Shown here: positions 1 through 8,726 of the stretch, in pieces
Position numbering within the stretch: the first letter of the stretch is position 1
How the letters are laid out: each line of letters begins with the position of its first letter
Source: Candidatus Zixiibacteriota bacterium
GTDB lineage: Bacteria; Zixibacteria; MSB-5A5; GN15; JAAZOE01
Reading direction: 5' to 3'
Length of the DNA stretch: 30,193 bases
Assembly: GCA_043819555.1 (NCBI GenBank)
Contig: JBDREQ010000047.1
Location: 1 to 30,193 of the forward strand
Made by a program: the position numbers and the translations under genes
Notes under the pieces: model-generated
What the model saw: only the letters and a program-made list of their open reading frames with translations
The model's database searches: none
What the model was told of the DNA's origin: nothing

Positions 1-69
1 TCCTCAGATTAACGTTTTCGGTCATATCAACTCGGTGGTGATTACGAAACCAAACCGCCATTCAAATTT

Positions 70-189
70 TCATACCCGAGCAAGATCTGAAAGGGCTTTT
101 GCGGGTATCCAGAATTGTCGGTCGAAATCCCCGTGGTTTCGACAATAAACAGGCCCCGCCTGTGTCATTTTAGCGCACGCTGGAATCCA
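70..189. repeat. Cluster of REP-like palindromes (GTCATTCCCGCG..GCGGGAATCC-type, 2 copies, plus an intervening hairpin)
   Basis: 70-112 tcatacccg...cgggtatccag; 164-189 gtcattttagcgcacgctggaatcca; 121-143 gtcgaaatccccgtggtttcgac. The minus-strand translation gives WIPAxAxMT-like pseudo-peptides typical of this repeat family. Confidence 0.6.
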
Positions 190-429
190 TGCAACCTTAA
201 CATCAATATAATTTAGCATACAAATGCAGATGATTTCGGAATCAATGATGGGTTGGTTGGATATTTGTTGATGTCGTTTTTCCCACATTGTTTTTTGAAT
301 TACTCATGATGAGCGGGTATGATAAATAAAATCCGCTGCGATTATCGTACAATTACGCTATTATTAAATACGAATGCGGAATCCCGGGCAATGTGCCATT
401 GGAGATTGATGGAGCTGATGCATAGGCAT

Positions 430-446
430 AAAAGCGGGAACCCGCC
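430..446 (-). terminator. Possible intrinsic terminator of the corA-mscS transcript
   Basis: Minus strand GGCGG-GTTC-CCGCT followed by a short T run, ~40 nt after the mscS stop. Confidence 0.4.
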
Positions 447-486
447 GCAACAAGTTTTAGTGGGCCACCGGTTTGTACCTCTGTAC

Positions 487-1398
487 CTAAATACCATTCA
501 TATCATTTTCAGCATTATTTAAATGTGACAGATTTAGAGTAGTATATTTACCCTTTTTATTTTGCCCCATGTACATAGTCATATGCGGAAATGGTATTTC
601 AATCCCCAGATCATCAAATCTTTTTTTCAAACGCCGGTTGAATTCACGAGCTACTTTCCATTGTTTAAGAGGTTTTGTTTTTATTCTGGCCTTGATAATC
701 AAGGCCGAATCAGCAAATTGGTCCAGCCCCATTATATCAATCGGCTCCAATATAAGACTGGCAAAACTCGCGTCTTTTCGAAGATCTTCATCAACCTGTT
801 TCATAACCTGCATCACTTCATCCACATCTTCACGATAAGCCACGCCGATTTCGAATAAATACCTCGAATAGTCTTTTGTCATATTGGTAACAATATCAAT
901 CTTACCGTTTCTTATAAAGTGAACATTGCCATCGATGTCCCTTAAAACCGTTAATTTAAGGCTGACCTTTTCCACGATTCCGCTTTTGCCTGCGGTTTGC
1001 ACATAATCACCGACACGCAGTTGATTTTCCAATAGAATAAAAAAACCGCTTATAATATCTTCGACTAAACGTTGCGATCCGAAACCGATGGCAATGCCAA
1101 GAACACCCGCGGCCGCCAATATCGGACCTATTTCGACACCGAATTCTCCCAATATCATAGTAGCGGCGATTAGGATGATTGAAATTCCGATTATTGTTTT
1201 TATCAGCGAGTTTATTGTATCCGCTCGCTTCTTCATTTCATCTTCCCGCTTATCATCTTTGACGAACTTTATAGATCGATTTGAAACTAATCTTAATAAT
1301 CGGTGCACAATAAGGCCCAAAAATATTATCAGCAGTATGCGCAACCCGCTGGTGAGCAACCAATTTTTAATTTCCTCAATGATATTTTGAACTTCCAT
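487..1398 (-). CDS. mscS: Small-conductance mechanosensitive channel (MscS family)
   Basis: 303 aa; three N-terminal TM helices, GVLGIAIGFGSQRLVEDIISGFFILLENQLRVGDYV pore signature, C-terminal GIEIPFP motif; GGAG RBS. Confidence 0.92.
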   Translation of the reverse strand: MEVQNIIEEIKNWLLTSGLRILLIIFLGLIVHRLLRLVSNRSIKFVKDDKREDEMKKRADTINSLIKTIIGISIILIAATMILGEFGVEIGPILAAAGVLGIAIGFGSQRLVEDIISGFFILLENQLRVGDYVQTAGKSGIVEKVSLKLTVLRDIDGNVHFIRNGKIDIVTNMTKDYSRYLFEIGVAYREDVDEVMQVMKQVDEDLRKDASFASLILEPIDIMGLDQFADSALIIKARIKTKPLKQWKVAREFNRRLKKRFDDLGIEIPFPHMTMYMGQNKKGKYTTLNLSHLNNAENDMNGI

Positions 1399-1422
1399 TT
1401 ATCTCTCCATGACCACAGAATT

Positions 1423-2505
1423 TTAAAGCCAGTTTTTTCGTTTGAAAAAAATAAATAGTCCGCTTCCGATGAATAAAGCGATAACCCAAAACATAACATA
1501 TCCAAAAGGCAGCCCAAGCTCAGGCATATTGAATCCGCTGATTGATGTATCAAAATTCATTCCATAAACGCCGGCCAAAAATCCAAGGGGAATAAATATC
1601 GTGGCGATGATGGTCAATACTTTCATAACTTCGTTCATCTTATTACTGATGCTGGAAAGATAAATATCGAGCAATCCCGAAACCATATCCCGGAAAGTTT
1701 CAACGGTATCGATAACCTGAATAGTATGCTCATAGAGATCCCGAAGGTATGGTTTTGATGAATCTTTAATCAGATTGGTTTCCACGCGCTCAAGTCCGCC
1801 GACAACTTCCCGTAGAGGCCAGGTCGCTTTTCGCATATATATCAGTTGTCTTTTCAAATCATGAATCGTCTCCAGATCATCGGTTTTTGGATTTTTTATC
1901 AATTCGTCTTCCATATCCTCAATTTTAGACGCCAAGCCCTCAAGGACGACGAAATAATGGTCAACAATGGCGTCAACCAAAGTATAAGCGAGATAATCGG
2001 AAGTCATAAAACGGACACGAGGAACGGTTTTTCTCAATCTGTCTCGCACCGATTCAAAAACATCACCGACCCGTTCCTGGAAAGAGATAATGAAGTTTTT
2101 CCCGAAGATAATGCTGCATTGTTCAGATAAGATATTGTCATGTGTGGCATCCAAATAAAGCATCTTCAATACCATGAATATATATTCATCGCCGACTTCA
2201 AGCTTGGGCCTGTGTCCGGTATTGGCGATATCCTCCATGACCAGAGGATGAAAACCAAAATGCTGACCGATTTTTTCAAGCATAGATACATCATGAAGCC
2301 CATCTATATTTATCCAGGTCATGGTTGCCTTATCCTTATATGGATAGCATTCCTCTATCGAAGAAACCTCATATTCATTCAGCTCGGAATCGTTATAGTC
2401 GATGATCCTGAATCTTGTCTGTTCAATCTTCTGTTCCCCGACAAAAACAATCGAACCCGGTTTAAGTCCCTTCTTCTTCGATAGTTTTTTTATGAGCTTT
2501 GGCAT
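1423..2505 (-). CDS. corA: Magnesium/cobalt transporter CorA
   Basis: 360 aa; WINIDGLHD, HPLVMEDI, NEVMKVLTIIATIFIPL and YGMNF signature before the last TM; AAGGAGG RBS. Confidence 0.96.
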   Translation of the reverse strand: MPKLIKKLSKKKGLKPGSIVFVGEQKIEQTRFRIIDYNDSELNEYEVSSIEECYPYKDKATMTWINIDGLHDVSMLEKIGQHFGFHPLVMEDIANTGHRPKLEVGDEYIFMVLKMLYLDATHDNILSEQCSIIFGKNFIISFQERVGDVFESVRDRLRKTVPRVRFMTSDYLAYTLVDAIVDHYFVVLEGLASKIEDMEDELIKNPKTDDLETIHDLKRQLIYMRKATWPLREVVGGLERVETNLIKDSSKPYLRDLYEHTIQVIDTVETFRDMVSGLLDIYLSSISNKMNEVMKVLTIIATIFIPLGFLAGVYGMNFDTSISGFNMPELGLPFGYVMFWVIALFIGSGLFIFFKRKNWL

Positions 2506-2538
2506 TGCGAACCTCCTTAAATAATTAACCGGTGGCTC

Positions 2539-2566
2539 ACGATCATCCCGTTTGGGGGATGATCGT
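2539..2566. other. Perfect 11-bp inverted repeat in the 86-bp gap upstream of corA
   Basis: acgatcatccc (2539-2549) / gggatgatcgt (2556-2566), 6-nt loop; no U-tract on the minus strand. Confidence 0.6.
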
Positions 2567-2591
2567 TGATTATAGCTTGCATACCCGACGC

Positions 2592-3683
2592 TTACGTTTG
2601 TCGAAACGCTGAAAAATATTTTCGGATCATCCAGATTGTAACGATTACTCCGGGTGCAAAACAGGCCAGGAATAAAATCAATGGCCCCATCTGGGTTTGA
2701 ATATCAAGACGGGCCGGGTCGAATACACCATCGAGATAAACCAGGCGCAGGAAGTGTCTCGTCATGACCATCAAAAACATTCCCGCAAAAACCAAACTGG
2801 CCGTTGTCAAAATAAGTCCGCGACCTTTTTCTACGCTGGACACTCGATAATTTATAATTATCGCGGCGATGTTAAGAACAATAGCGGTTAATAACACATG
2901 CAATCCCGGCGAAGACAGAAAGGCCATTAAGATATTACGGTCAATGACCAGCAAATAAATGGCCGCAAGAATTGTCGCCTTAATCATACCTATCATGAAT
3001 ATTCTGCGCCCGTAAACAAATAACTCAAGATTGCCTTTGACTTTTTTATAGTACAGCGCAAAAAGCTGAATTATGATTCCGGCAACTGTCAGCGCCCCGG
3101 CAAGGGAATGTCCCCAGCGAAAAAATGTCTGAATCCAGTCTGGGTTTAAATTCATTCCTTCCGGCGAGGATTGATACAGGGCCGCCCATAGTTCCGGTTT
3201 GATGGCCAAGTCCGCTATCATTGTCAGCGTATACGATACATAAACCAGCCCTACTGCCGCAATCGAGAGTAGAGTTATTCTTCTCTTATCTGCAAGACTC
3301 TTTTTAATTGAGGCGGTATACAGCAAATAATAAACGACGATGACAACCGGTACGACCATGAACCAATTCCATCCGGAAATAATTGTTGCCGAATAAAAGA
3401 ATTTGCCATAAATCACCTGCAAAAACAGTAGAGGAGCTACTCCCAGTGTAATCGTTGCCGCCAGGGAGGTTGGAAACGCTTTTAATATATCGGGCAATAA
3501 CAGTTTCCGATATGGGGATTTTTTGGCAAAAATAATCAGTAGAATTCCGCCGAAAAGAAAGTTCATAGCAATCAGATGAAACGTAAACATGAGCCAGTGT
3601 AAAATAGTAAAGAGCCAGTAAGGTCCGGGAATTGACATCGAAGGTCCCGACGTCAAAATTGTCATAATCGGTATATTCATCAT
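2592..3683 (-). CDS. Polytopic membrane protein, partner subunit of the cytochrome-c-fused bd-type oxidase (CydA-paralogue-like)
   Basis: 363 aa, ~9 hydrophobic segments; TFHLIAMNFLFGG, TITLGVAPLLFLQ, RWGH, MVMTRHFLR; start overlaps the stop of the upstream gene (ATGA). Confidence 0.7.
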   Translation of the reverse strand: MMNIPIMTILTSGPSMSIPGPYWLFTILHWLMFTFHLIAMNFLFGGILLIIFAKKSPYRKLLLPDILKAFPTSLAATITLGVAPLLFLQVIYGKFFYSATIISGWNWFMVVPVVIVVYYLLYTASIKKSLADKRRITLLSIAAVGLVYVSYTLTMIADLAIKPELWAALYQSSPEGMNLNPDWIQTFFRWGHSLAGALTVAGIIIQLFALYYKKVKGNLELFVYGRRIFMIGMIKATILAAIYLLVIDRNILMAFLSSPGLHVLLTAIVLNIAAIIINYRVSSVEKGRGLILTTASLVFAGMFLMVMTRHFLRLVYLDGVFDPARLDIQTQMGPLILFLACFAPGVIVTIWMIRKYFSAFRQT

Positions 3684-5173
3684 TTCGCGCCTTCCCTCAA
3701 ATAAGCAATGAGCATCTTCAACTCATTTTCGTCACCGGTAAAAGCGGGCATTTCATCGGTCAATTCCTGCACCATCAGAACGAATTCCTCCGATTCATCA
3801 TATCCCAGATCGTTAAACGTGCTCCCTATTTCGCGAAAACCATTAAGAGTATGACATCCGCCGCAGCGGCGGTCAAAAACGATTTTATTTTTCTCTGACT
3901 CCGTCAAATCCGCCCGGGTGGATACAGGATCAGGAAACACGTGGGATGCCAGAAACTCAGCCAGGTCGGCGGCATCTTTTTCATTACCCGGGAAAGGCGG
4001 CATTTTCCCGATGAAATGCTGCAAGCGGGGAATAATTCCAGCGATATGTTCAATTTCCAGGCCAGCCAGTTGTTCTCCGAGAGAGTTATAACCATCCAAC
4101 GTATGACATGAACGGCATCCGGCCAGATACAGGTCACGTCCTCGATCACCGGATGTATATTTAATGGGTATTGGTTTTTCAGCCGGTAAATTTGCTTCGT
4201 TCGATTTCAAGACATTATTACTATACAGGAAATCATATATAATATAAGGTTTGCGAGCCGCCTCTCGCGCCCATTCGAATCCTCCCATCACCATAAGTCC
4301 CAGAAGCATCAGGATCGCGGCGGAAACGTAACCCGTGTTGCGAGGGAAAACGAGAGTACCCAATACCGAAAGCAGCAAAAGCAATCCCGCAGAGAAAATC
4401 ATAACCTGTAAGGCGATAGTCGGAACCATACCGGGCAAAAAAGCCCCGGTAACCGATTCCGGAAGCACATTGTAATACCAGAGTCCCGTCGGAATCGCCA
4501 GGAGCAGCGGGATGATTATAAACCAGCCGTTGCGGCGCATGATTTTTATTTTGAATTCCTCGTTTTTTTCTTTGGCAATCGTAATCAGCGCATAGAGACC
4601 AGCAAGCATCAAACATATGCAGGTTCTAAATAAGGTCGAAGCGATATAAGAGGGATTGAAAAATCCATCCCAGAAATTCCCGGTCGTCAGCCATTCTCCC
4701 GGCGTCAGCATAAAGGTTAGAATTCCATTGATGACCACCAGCGACAGCCATGCGGCGATGAAATATATCCATCCAATGGCGATGTGCGTTTTGGCCGATA
4801 ATCGCTTCCACCCGTAATAGTAAACCATAGCGGCCGTAATTTCGATGAAAAAGAAAACCCATTCGGTCGCCCAGCCCCACACGAAATTATTAATCAGCCA
4901 TTTGGTTCCCGTTGGATGAATCAGTCCAATCGTGACCCAGATCCCCACGCCTGACACGGCACCAAATACAAGTGTTGTCAGGGCAAAAAACCTGGAGTGT
5001 TTTTTTACATAACCAAGGTGCGCTTCATCATTTTTCCGCCGCGCCCATATTTCCGCAAGGACGAGATATAATCCGCCGCCGATGGCAAAATGGGATACAA
5101 AGACATGCAAAATGGCCACGATAGCAATAATCAGGCTATTGGCCAAAAATGGTTCCCATATTGGATATTGCAT
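3680..5173 (-). CDS. Cytochrome bd oxidase subunit I-like protein with two C-terminal c-type heme domains (OR-C-type)
   Basis: 497 aa; LHVFVSHFAIGGG, VFGAVSGVGIW, WATEWVFFFIE, FEWAREAARKPY (CydA-like); CRSCH...MPPF and CGGCH...MPAF heme c motifs with distal Met. Confidence 0.82.
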   Translation of the reverse strand: MQYPIWEPFLANSLIIAIVAILHVFVSHFAIGGGLYLVLAEIWARRKNDEAHLGYVKKHSRFFALTTLVFGAVSGVGIWVTIGLIHPTGTKWLINNFVWGWATEWVFFFIEITAAMVYYYGWKRLSAKTHIAIGWIYFIAAWLSLVVINGILTFMLTPGEWLTTGNFWDGFFNPSYIASTLFRTCICLMLAGLYALITIAKEKNEEFKIKIMRRNGWFIIIPLLLAIPTGLWYYNVLPESVTGAFLPGMVPTIALQVMIFSAGLLLLLSVLGTLVFPRNTGYVSAAILMLLGLMVMGGFEWAREAARKPYIIYDFLYSNNVLKSNEANLPAEKPIPIKYTSGDRGRDLYLAGCRSCHTLDGYNSLGEQLAGLEIEHIAGIIPRLQHFIGKMPPFPGNEKDAADLAEFLASHVFPDPVSTRADLTESEKNKIVFDRRCGGCHTLNGFREIGSTFNDLGYDESEEFVLMVQELTDEMPAFTGDENELKMLIAYLREGAK

Positions 5174-5227
5174 AAAAATCCCTCACAGGTTAAAAACTCC
5201 CGCTCGCAATTTCGCAACATGGATTAA

Positions 5228-5650
5228 TTAAGTCAATTGTTTTCTGAAATAGACGATTTTATCCCAACCCTCATATCCGCAACGGCGGAAGAGAGCCATT
5301 GAAGGAAAGTTAACATCCTCAATTAAAGCGGCAATAATTTCAACTCCCATCCCGCGCAGGAATTCTTCGGCTTTTTCAAGGAGTCTCTCCCCCAGACGTT
5401 TCCCTCGATAGTCAGGGTCAACGGCCAAACGATTAATCCAGCCTTTGCGGCCATCGGAGGATGCGATGACCGAGCCGATAAGTTTTCCAGTATCATCCCG
5501 AAGGAGGTAAATTATAATGTGATCATCATAAGTTTGTTGTTCGATATTCTCGCGGCTGTCTCGATTGGTTCTGTCATAAGGCAACCCGCATCTCTCCCAA
5601 AGCGAAAGCAAATCATCGTAATCATTAATAGAAAATAATTCGATATTCAT
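5228..5650 (-). CDS. GNAT family N-acetyltransferase (YpeA-like)
   Basis: DGRKGWINRLAVDPDYRGKRLG acetyl-CoA-binding motif A. Start placed at ATG 5650 (MNIELF) because the TTG at 5707 coincides with a predicted -35 box. Confidence 0.85.
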   Translation of the reverse strand: MNIELFSINDYDDLLSLWERCGLPYDRTNRDSRENIEQQTYDDHIIIYLLRDDTGKLIGSVIASSDGRKGWINRLAVDPDYRGKRLGERLLEKAEEFLRGMGVEIIAALIEDVNFPSMALFRRCGYEGWDKIVYFRKQLT

Positions 5651-5678
5651 ATTTTTAATCCGCGTATCCCTCATCTGG

Positions 5679-5707
5679 ATATTAATCGATTGTATAATAT
5701 GAATCAA
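5679..5707 (-). promoter_or_regulatory. Putative sigma70 promoter for the GNAT (and possibly the downstream oxidase genes)
   Basis: TTGATT (5707-5702), 17 bp, TAATAT (5684-5679), immediately downstream of a terminator. Confidence 0.45.
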
Positions 5708-5721
5708 GCCAAATCAGGATC

Positions 5722-5760
5722 AAAAAAAACCGGACAACAATTTTATCGTTATCCGGTTTC
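5722..5760 (-). terminator. Intrinsic terminator after the TPR lipoprotein gene
   Basis: Minus strand AAACCGGATAACGAT-AAA-ATTGTTGTCCGG followed by T8. Confidence 0.75.
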
Positions 5761-5775
5761 TAAGAAAATATATGC

Positions 5776-6309
5776 CTAAAATGCTTTGGGATTTTTCTTC
5801 CCTTTATTATTGGAGTTGGCGGATTTCAATTTGGTCCGCTCAATACCGGCCCGGGCCTTTGTATCTTTGGGATTTAGTTTGGCCGCCTGCGTATATAGCT
5901 CACCCGCACGGGCAAAATAGCCTTCGTTTTCCCAGCTTAGAGCCAACGAATAATTAATTCGGGAAAGGACAAGATTATCCTGGGGTGCGTACTTTTGAGC
6001 ATACTTGAATGAACCAATAGCCCGATCGAATCGTCCCTGTTTCTGGAGTGTGAGTCCCATGTAATAATGAGCTTCCCAGTTTTCCTTGTTGCCTGAAATG
6101 GCCCGGATAAAATGCTTAGCCGCCTGCTTATACTTGCCGGCCGTATAAAACTTTATGCCGTGGATAAGATGATTATCTGAAGATGTCGCCTGACCTTTAT
6201 TTATTGTCTCCTGCCCGGTTTCGACTGGCCGGGATTTTATTACAACGGTTTTACTCTGGCAACCAATTATAAAAAACAAAACTGCCATGATAGCGCATAA
6301 TCTTTTCAT
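5776..6309 (-). CDS. TPR-repeat lipoprotein
   Basis: Start at ATG 6309 with AGGAGG RBS; MKRLCAIMAVLFFIIG-C lipobox signal; ~3 TPR repeats (WEAHYYMGLTLQKQGRFDRAIGSFKYA). Confidence 0.82.
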   Translation of the reverse strand: MKRLCAIMAVLFFIIGCQSKTVVIKSRPVETGQETINKGQATSSDNHLIHGIKFYTAGKYKQAAKHFIRAISGNKENWEAHYYMGLTLQKQGRFDRAIGSFKYAQKYAPQDNLVLSRINYSLALSWENEGYFARAGELYTQAAKLNPKDTKARAGIERTKLKSANSNNKGKKNPKAF

Positions 6310-6481
6310 GATTCCCTCCTTATTCAGATACATATAATATTTCCTATATATCGACCGTTTATGGGAATATTCTGATTGTGAAAAAGGAAATAGAATCAAA
6401 CATTGTTGGCGCTGTTCAGTATTTGCGCAATGTCATTAAATTACCAAAGTGTAGGGAGGATTAAAGTTCGATTCTCGTAAT

Positions 6482-7735
6482 TTATTGGTTCTTGCGGTGT
6501 TTGAAAAACTCGGAAAACATTTGCCTGATGTTTTTTATTGTAGCTGATATATCATGAAAATCAATATCGTCCAGATATAAATTTTTAAAATTGAAATAAT
6601 CCCGGAGATGATACCAGACTCGACGGCCTTTTAGAATATTAAGTATAGCAGAAAGCGAATCGGAAAAAAATATTCGAGCCCTCACCGACTTACTATTTAT
6701 AATTTGGGGGATTTCCATTCCCATCGCGGCTCGGCATAATAATCCCGGAAAATCGACTCCATTGGCGATAGCCAGAGGCACCGAACCCCAGAAACGAGGA
6801 TTTGCTTCAAGTAATTTATATTTAAAAATGCCATTTTGATTTATGCATTCTTTGTATTCAAACATAACCACGCCATGCCAGTTCAATTTTTCAAGCAATT
6901 CATTTAAGGAGTCAGAACATGGATGATTATCGACGTCCCACGGTTCTCGGCTGGTTGAGGCACCACCGGAAATGGGATATTCACGAACTCGTTTATGTCC
7001 GAAATGAGTTGTCAATTTTGGGTTCGTCCAGCGCAGTGATGAAATCCCAACTCCACGACCAATCAGGTTCTCTTGAACAATTATATCTTCGTTTCCCAGC
7101 TCACGGCAAGCCGAGATAAATTCGTCCTTAGTAGATACTCGATAAACACCAACCGCTGAAGTTGCCCGTCTCGTTTTGACTACAACAGGATATGCCAGTT
7201 CGGGTATCGAATTTAGAAATCTCTCAGGATTGGGATAATCGGGCATGGTACTATATGGCACACTGCCTAAGCCAGCCTTATCAAGAATCTCAGAAGTTGG
7301 GGGTGTTTTATCGCCTATCGACCAACTTAGGGGAAGGAGATTGTTACCCAGAATTCCGGCGATTAATTCAAAAAAATATTTTTTATCATGCAATAGCAGC
7401 AATTTGTAATAATTCTCGAAAGGAAACAGGCTATACTCCCTGATTTTCGCGGCTCGTTTGGCGAGAGCCATCATTTCGGCGGCGTTGACGGGTACAACAA
7501 TATCGAATTTATGCTGCTGGATATGCTCCAAAACTGATTCAACAAAACCTTCTTCATCAATTTTTGGATTTGGATATATCAGATTTTTTGATCTGTCCTT
7601 AATGCGATTCGAATAAAGACCAGGCGCACCCGAACGATAATCGCCGGCGTTTACCTCAAAACCGTCTCGGACGAGGGATTTTAAGATATTCCAGCCTTTG
7701 ACGAAACTATTGAGAACCAAAACCCGGCCGCTCAT
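6482..7735 (-). CDS. ATP-grasp carboxylate-amine ligase family protein
   Basis: 417 aa; LHDKKYF, YPVVVKTR, IIVQENLIG, REYPISGGAST, GVVMFEYK, LLEANPRFWGS; TAATG overlap with the upstream deacetylase. Confidence 0.85.
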   Translation of the reverse strand: MSGRVLVLNSFVKGWNILKSLVRDGFEVNAGDYRSGAPGLYSNRIKDRSKNLIYPNPKIDEEGFVESVLEHIQQHKFDIVVPVNAAEMMALAKRAAKIREYSLFPFENYYKLLLLHDKKYFFELIAGILGNNLLPLSWSIGDKTPPTSEILDKAGLGSVPYSTMPDYPNPERFLNSIPELAYPVVVKTRRATSAVGVYRVSTKDEFISACRELGNEDIIVQENLIGRGVGISSLRWTNPKLTTHFGHKRVREYPISGGASTSREPWDVDNHPCSDSLNELLEKLNWHGVVMFEYKECINQNGIFKYKLLEANPRFWGSVPLAIANGVDFPGLLCRAAMGMEIPQIINSKSVRARIFFSDSLSAILNILKGRRVWYHLRDYFNFKNLYLDDIDFHDISATIKNIRQMFSEFFKHRKNQ

Positions 7736-8628
7736 TAACCGCCATCCTTAATTTTATCGCCAATCAATTTCCCTTTATACCCCGATTTCCCCATCAATAA
7801 CTTGACAAAATTTTTCCCCGTATCCAATGCCAGGTCATAAAGCCAGACAATTTTATTATCCGACCATCGATCGGGGTGCATATTCATATAGATTCTTCGA
7901 TATTTCCTGTTTTCCAATATTTCCTTGAGCGAATTAAAATTAGAAAGTCCGACTGTGGGGCAATTATCGATATGATCCTTAAGATTATACCTGGGATTGA
8001 ATCGGCCAGTGTCAGGAATATAGACATCGAAGTCATCACCGGTAATATCTATCGAGGCGTCGCCGATCAGGCGATTCGATATTTTCTCAACAATTAAATC
8101 ACGGTCATAAGTGAATGCCAGATCATCAAGCCAGTCGTCGCTGCGTGTCAGATGGACGACCTGTCGGTTATCCACACCCGATAAGGGATTTCCGTGGGCG
8201 CATATCGTTTTGATATTAAATCCGAGTTTATCCAGATCCAGAAGCGATCCGATGAAAAAACCGACGGCATCGCGAGCGACCTGTTTGTTGGGAGCTTTTT
8301 GATGAGTATCCACTTCTTCGTAATGATACCCAATCTCATGGCCCAATTGGGCAATTTGCTTTATGATATCCAGATTATTGTCAAAAAACCGGCGGCGGAT
8401 ATAATAGGTAGTATTAATCTGATATTTTGCCTCTATCCGGGCCATTTTAAGAGCCCTTGCCGGTGAATAATCGACATCGTGGCGAATCGCCACTAATCGC
8501 TCAGCGTTCGCAGCTTCGCTTTTTCGATTAATTAGGAATTTTTCAATGCCGAGAATCGTTCGACTTGATTCCAAAATCAGTTCTATAAGTTTATTGTAGG
8601 CGTTAAATGAGAACAACATTTTAGTCAT
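7735..8628 (-). CDS. Polysaccharide deacetylase-like (NodB/CE4-related) protein
   Basis: IRHDVD, GHEIGYHYE, CAHG and MHPDRW motifs; start ATG 8628 (TTG 8634 alternative). Confidence 0.72.
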   Translation of the reverse strand: MTKMLFSFNAYNKLIELILESSRTILGIEKFLINRKSEAANAERLVAIRHDVDYSPARALKMARIEAKYQINTTYYIRRRFFDNNLDIIKQIAQLGHEIGYHYEEVDTHQKAPNKQVARDAVGFFIGSLLDLDKLGFNIKTICAHGNPLSGVDNRQVVHLTRSDDWLDDLAFTYDRDLIVEKISNRLIGDASIDITGDDFDVYIPDTGRFNPRYNLKDHIDNCPTVGLSNFNSLKEILENRKYRRIYMNMHPDRWSDNKIVWLYDLALDTGKNFVKLLMGKSGYKGKLIGDKIKDGG

Positions 8629-8685
8629 TTGCAAATTCTTTACGTTATTTCATCAATCGGCATTATTCAATATCATGACATCTGC

Positions 8686-8714
8686 ATAATACCAATTTAT
8701 ATATACCATGTCAA
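8686..8714 (-). promoter_or_regulatory. Putative sigma70 promoter of the deacetylase/ATP-grasp operon
   Basis: TTGACA (8714-8709), 17 bp, TATTAT (8691-8686). Confidence 0.6.
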
Positions 8715-8726
8715 AATCGATTTGGA

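Noticed and set aside
300..486. Possible riboswitch (several small hairpins, a GGGAA...CCGCAAC stretch vaguely like a cobalamin element)
   Set aside because: The spacing and remaining conserved elements of cobalamin, SAM, TPP or c-di-GMP aptamers are absent, and there is no downstream gene on that strand. An Rfam/Infernal scan would be decisive.
70..522. 72-aa and 67-aa ORFs at the left edge
   Set aside because: The first is the translation of REP-like repeats (WIPA motifs). The second overlaps the mscS end and has no features.
2506..2591. Mg2+ (M-box) riboswitch upstream of corA
   Set aside because: The gap is only 86 bp, too short for the aptamer, and lacks its conserved sequence.
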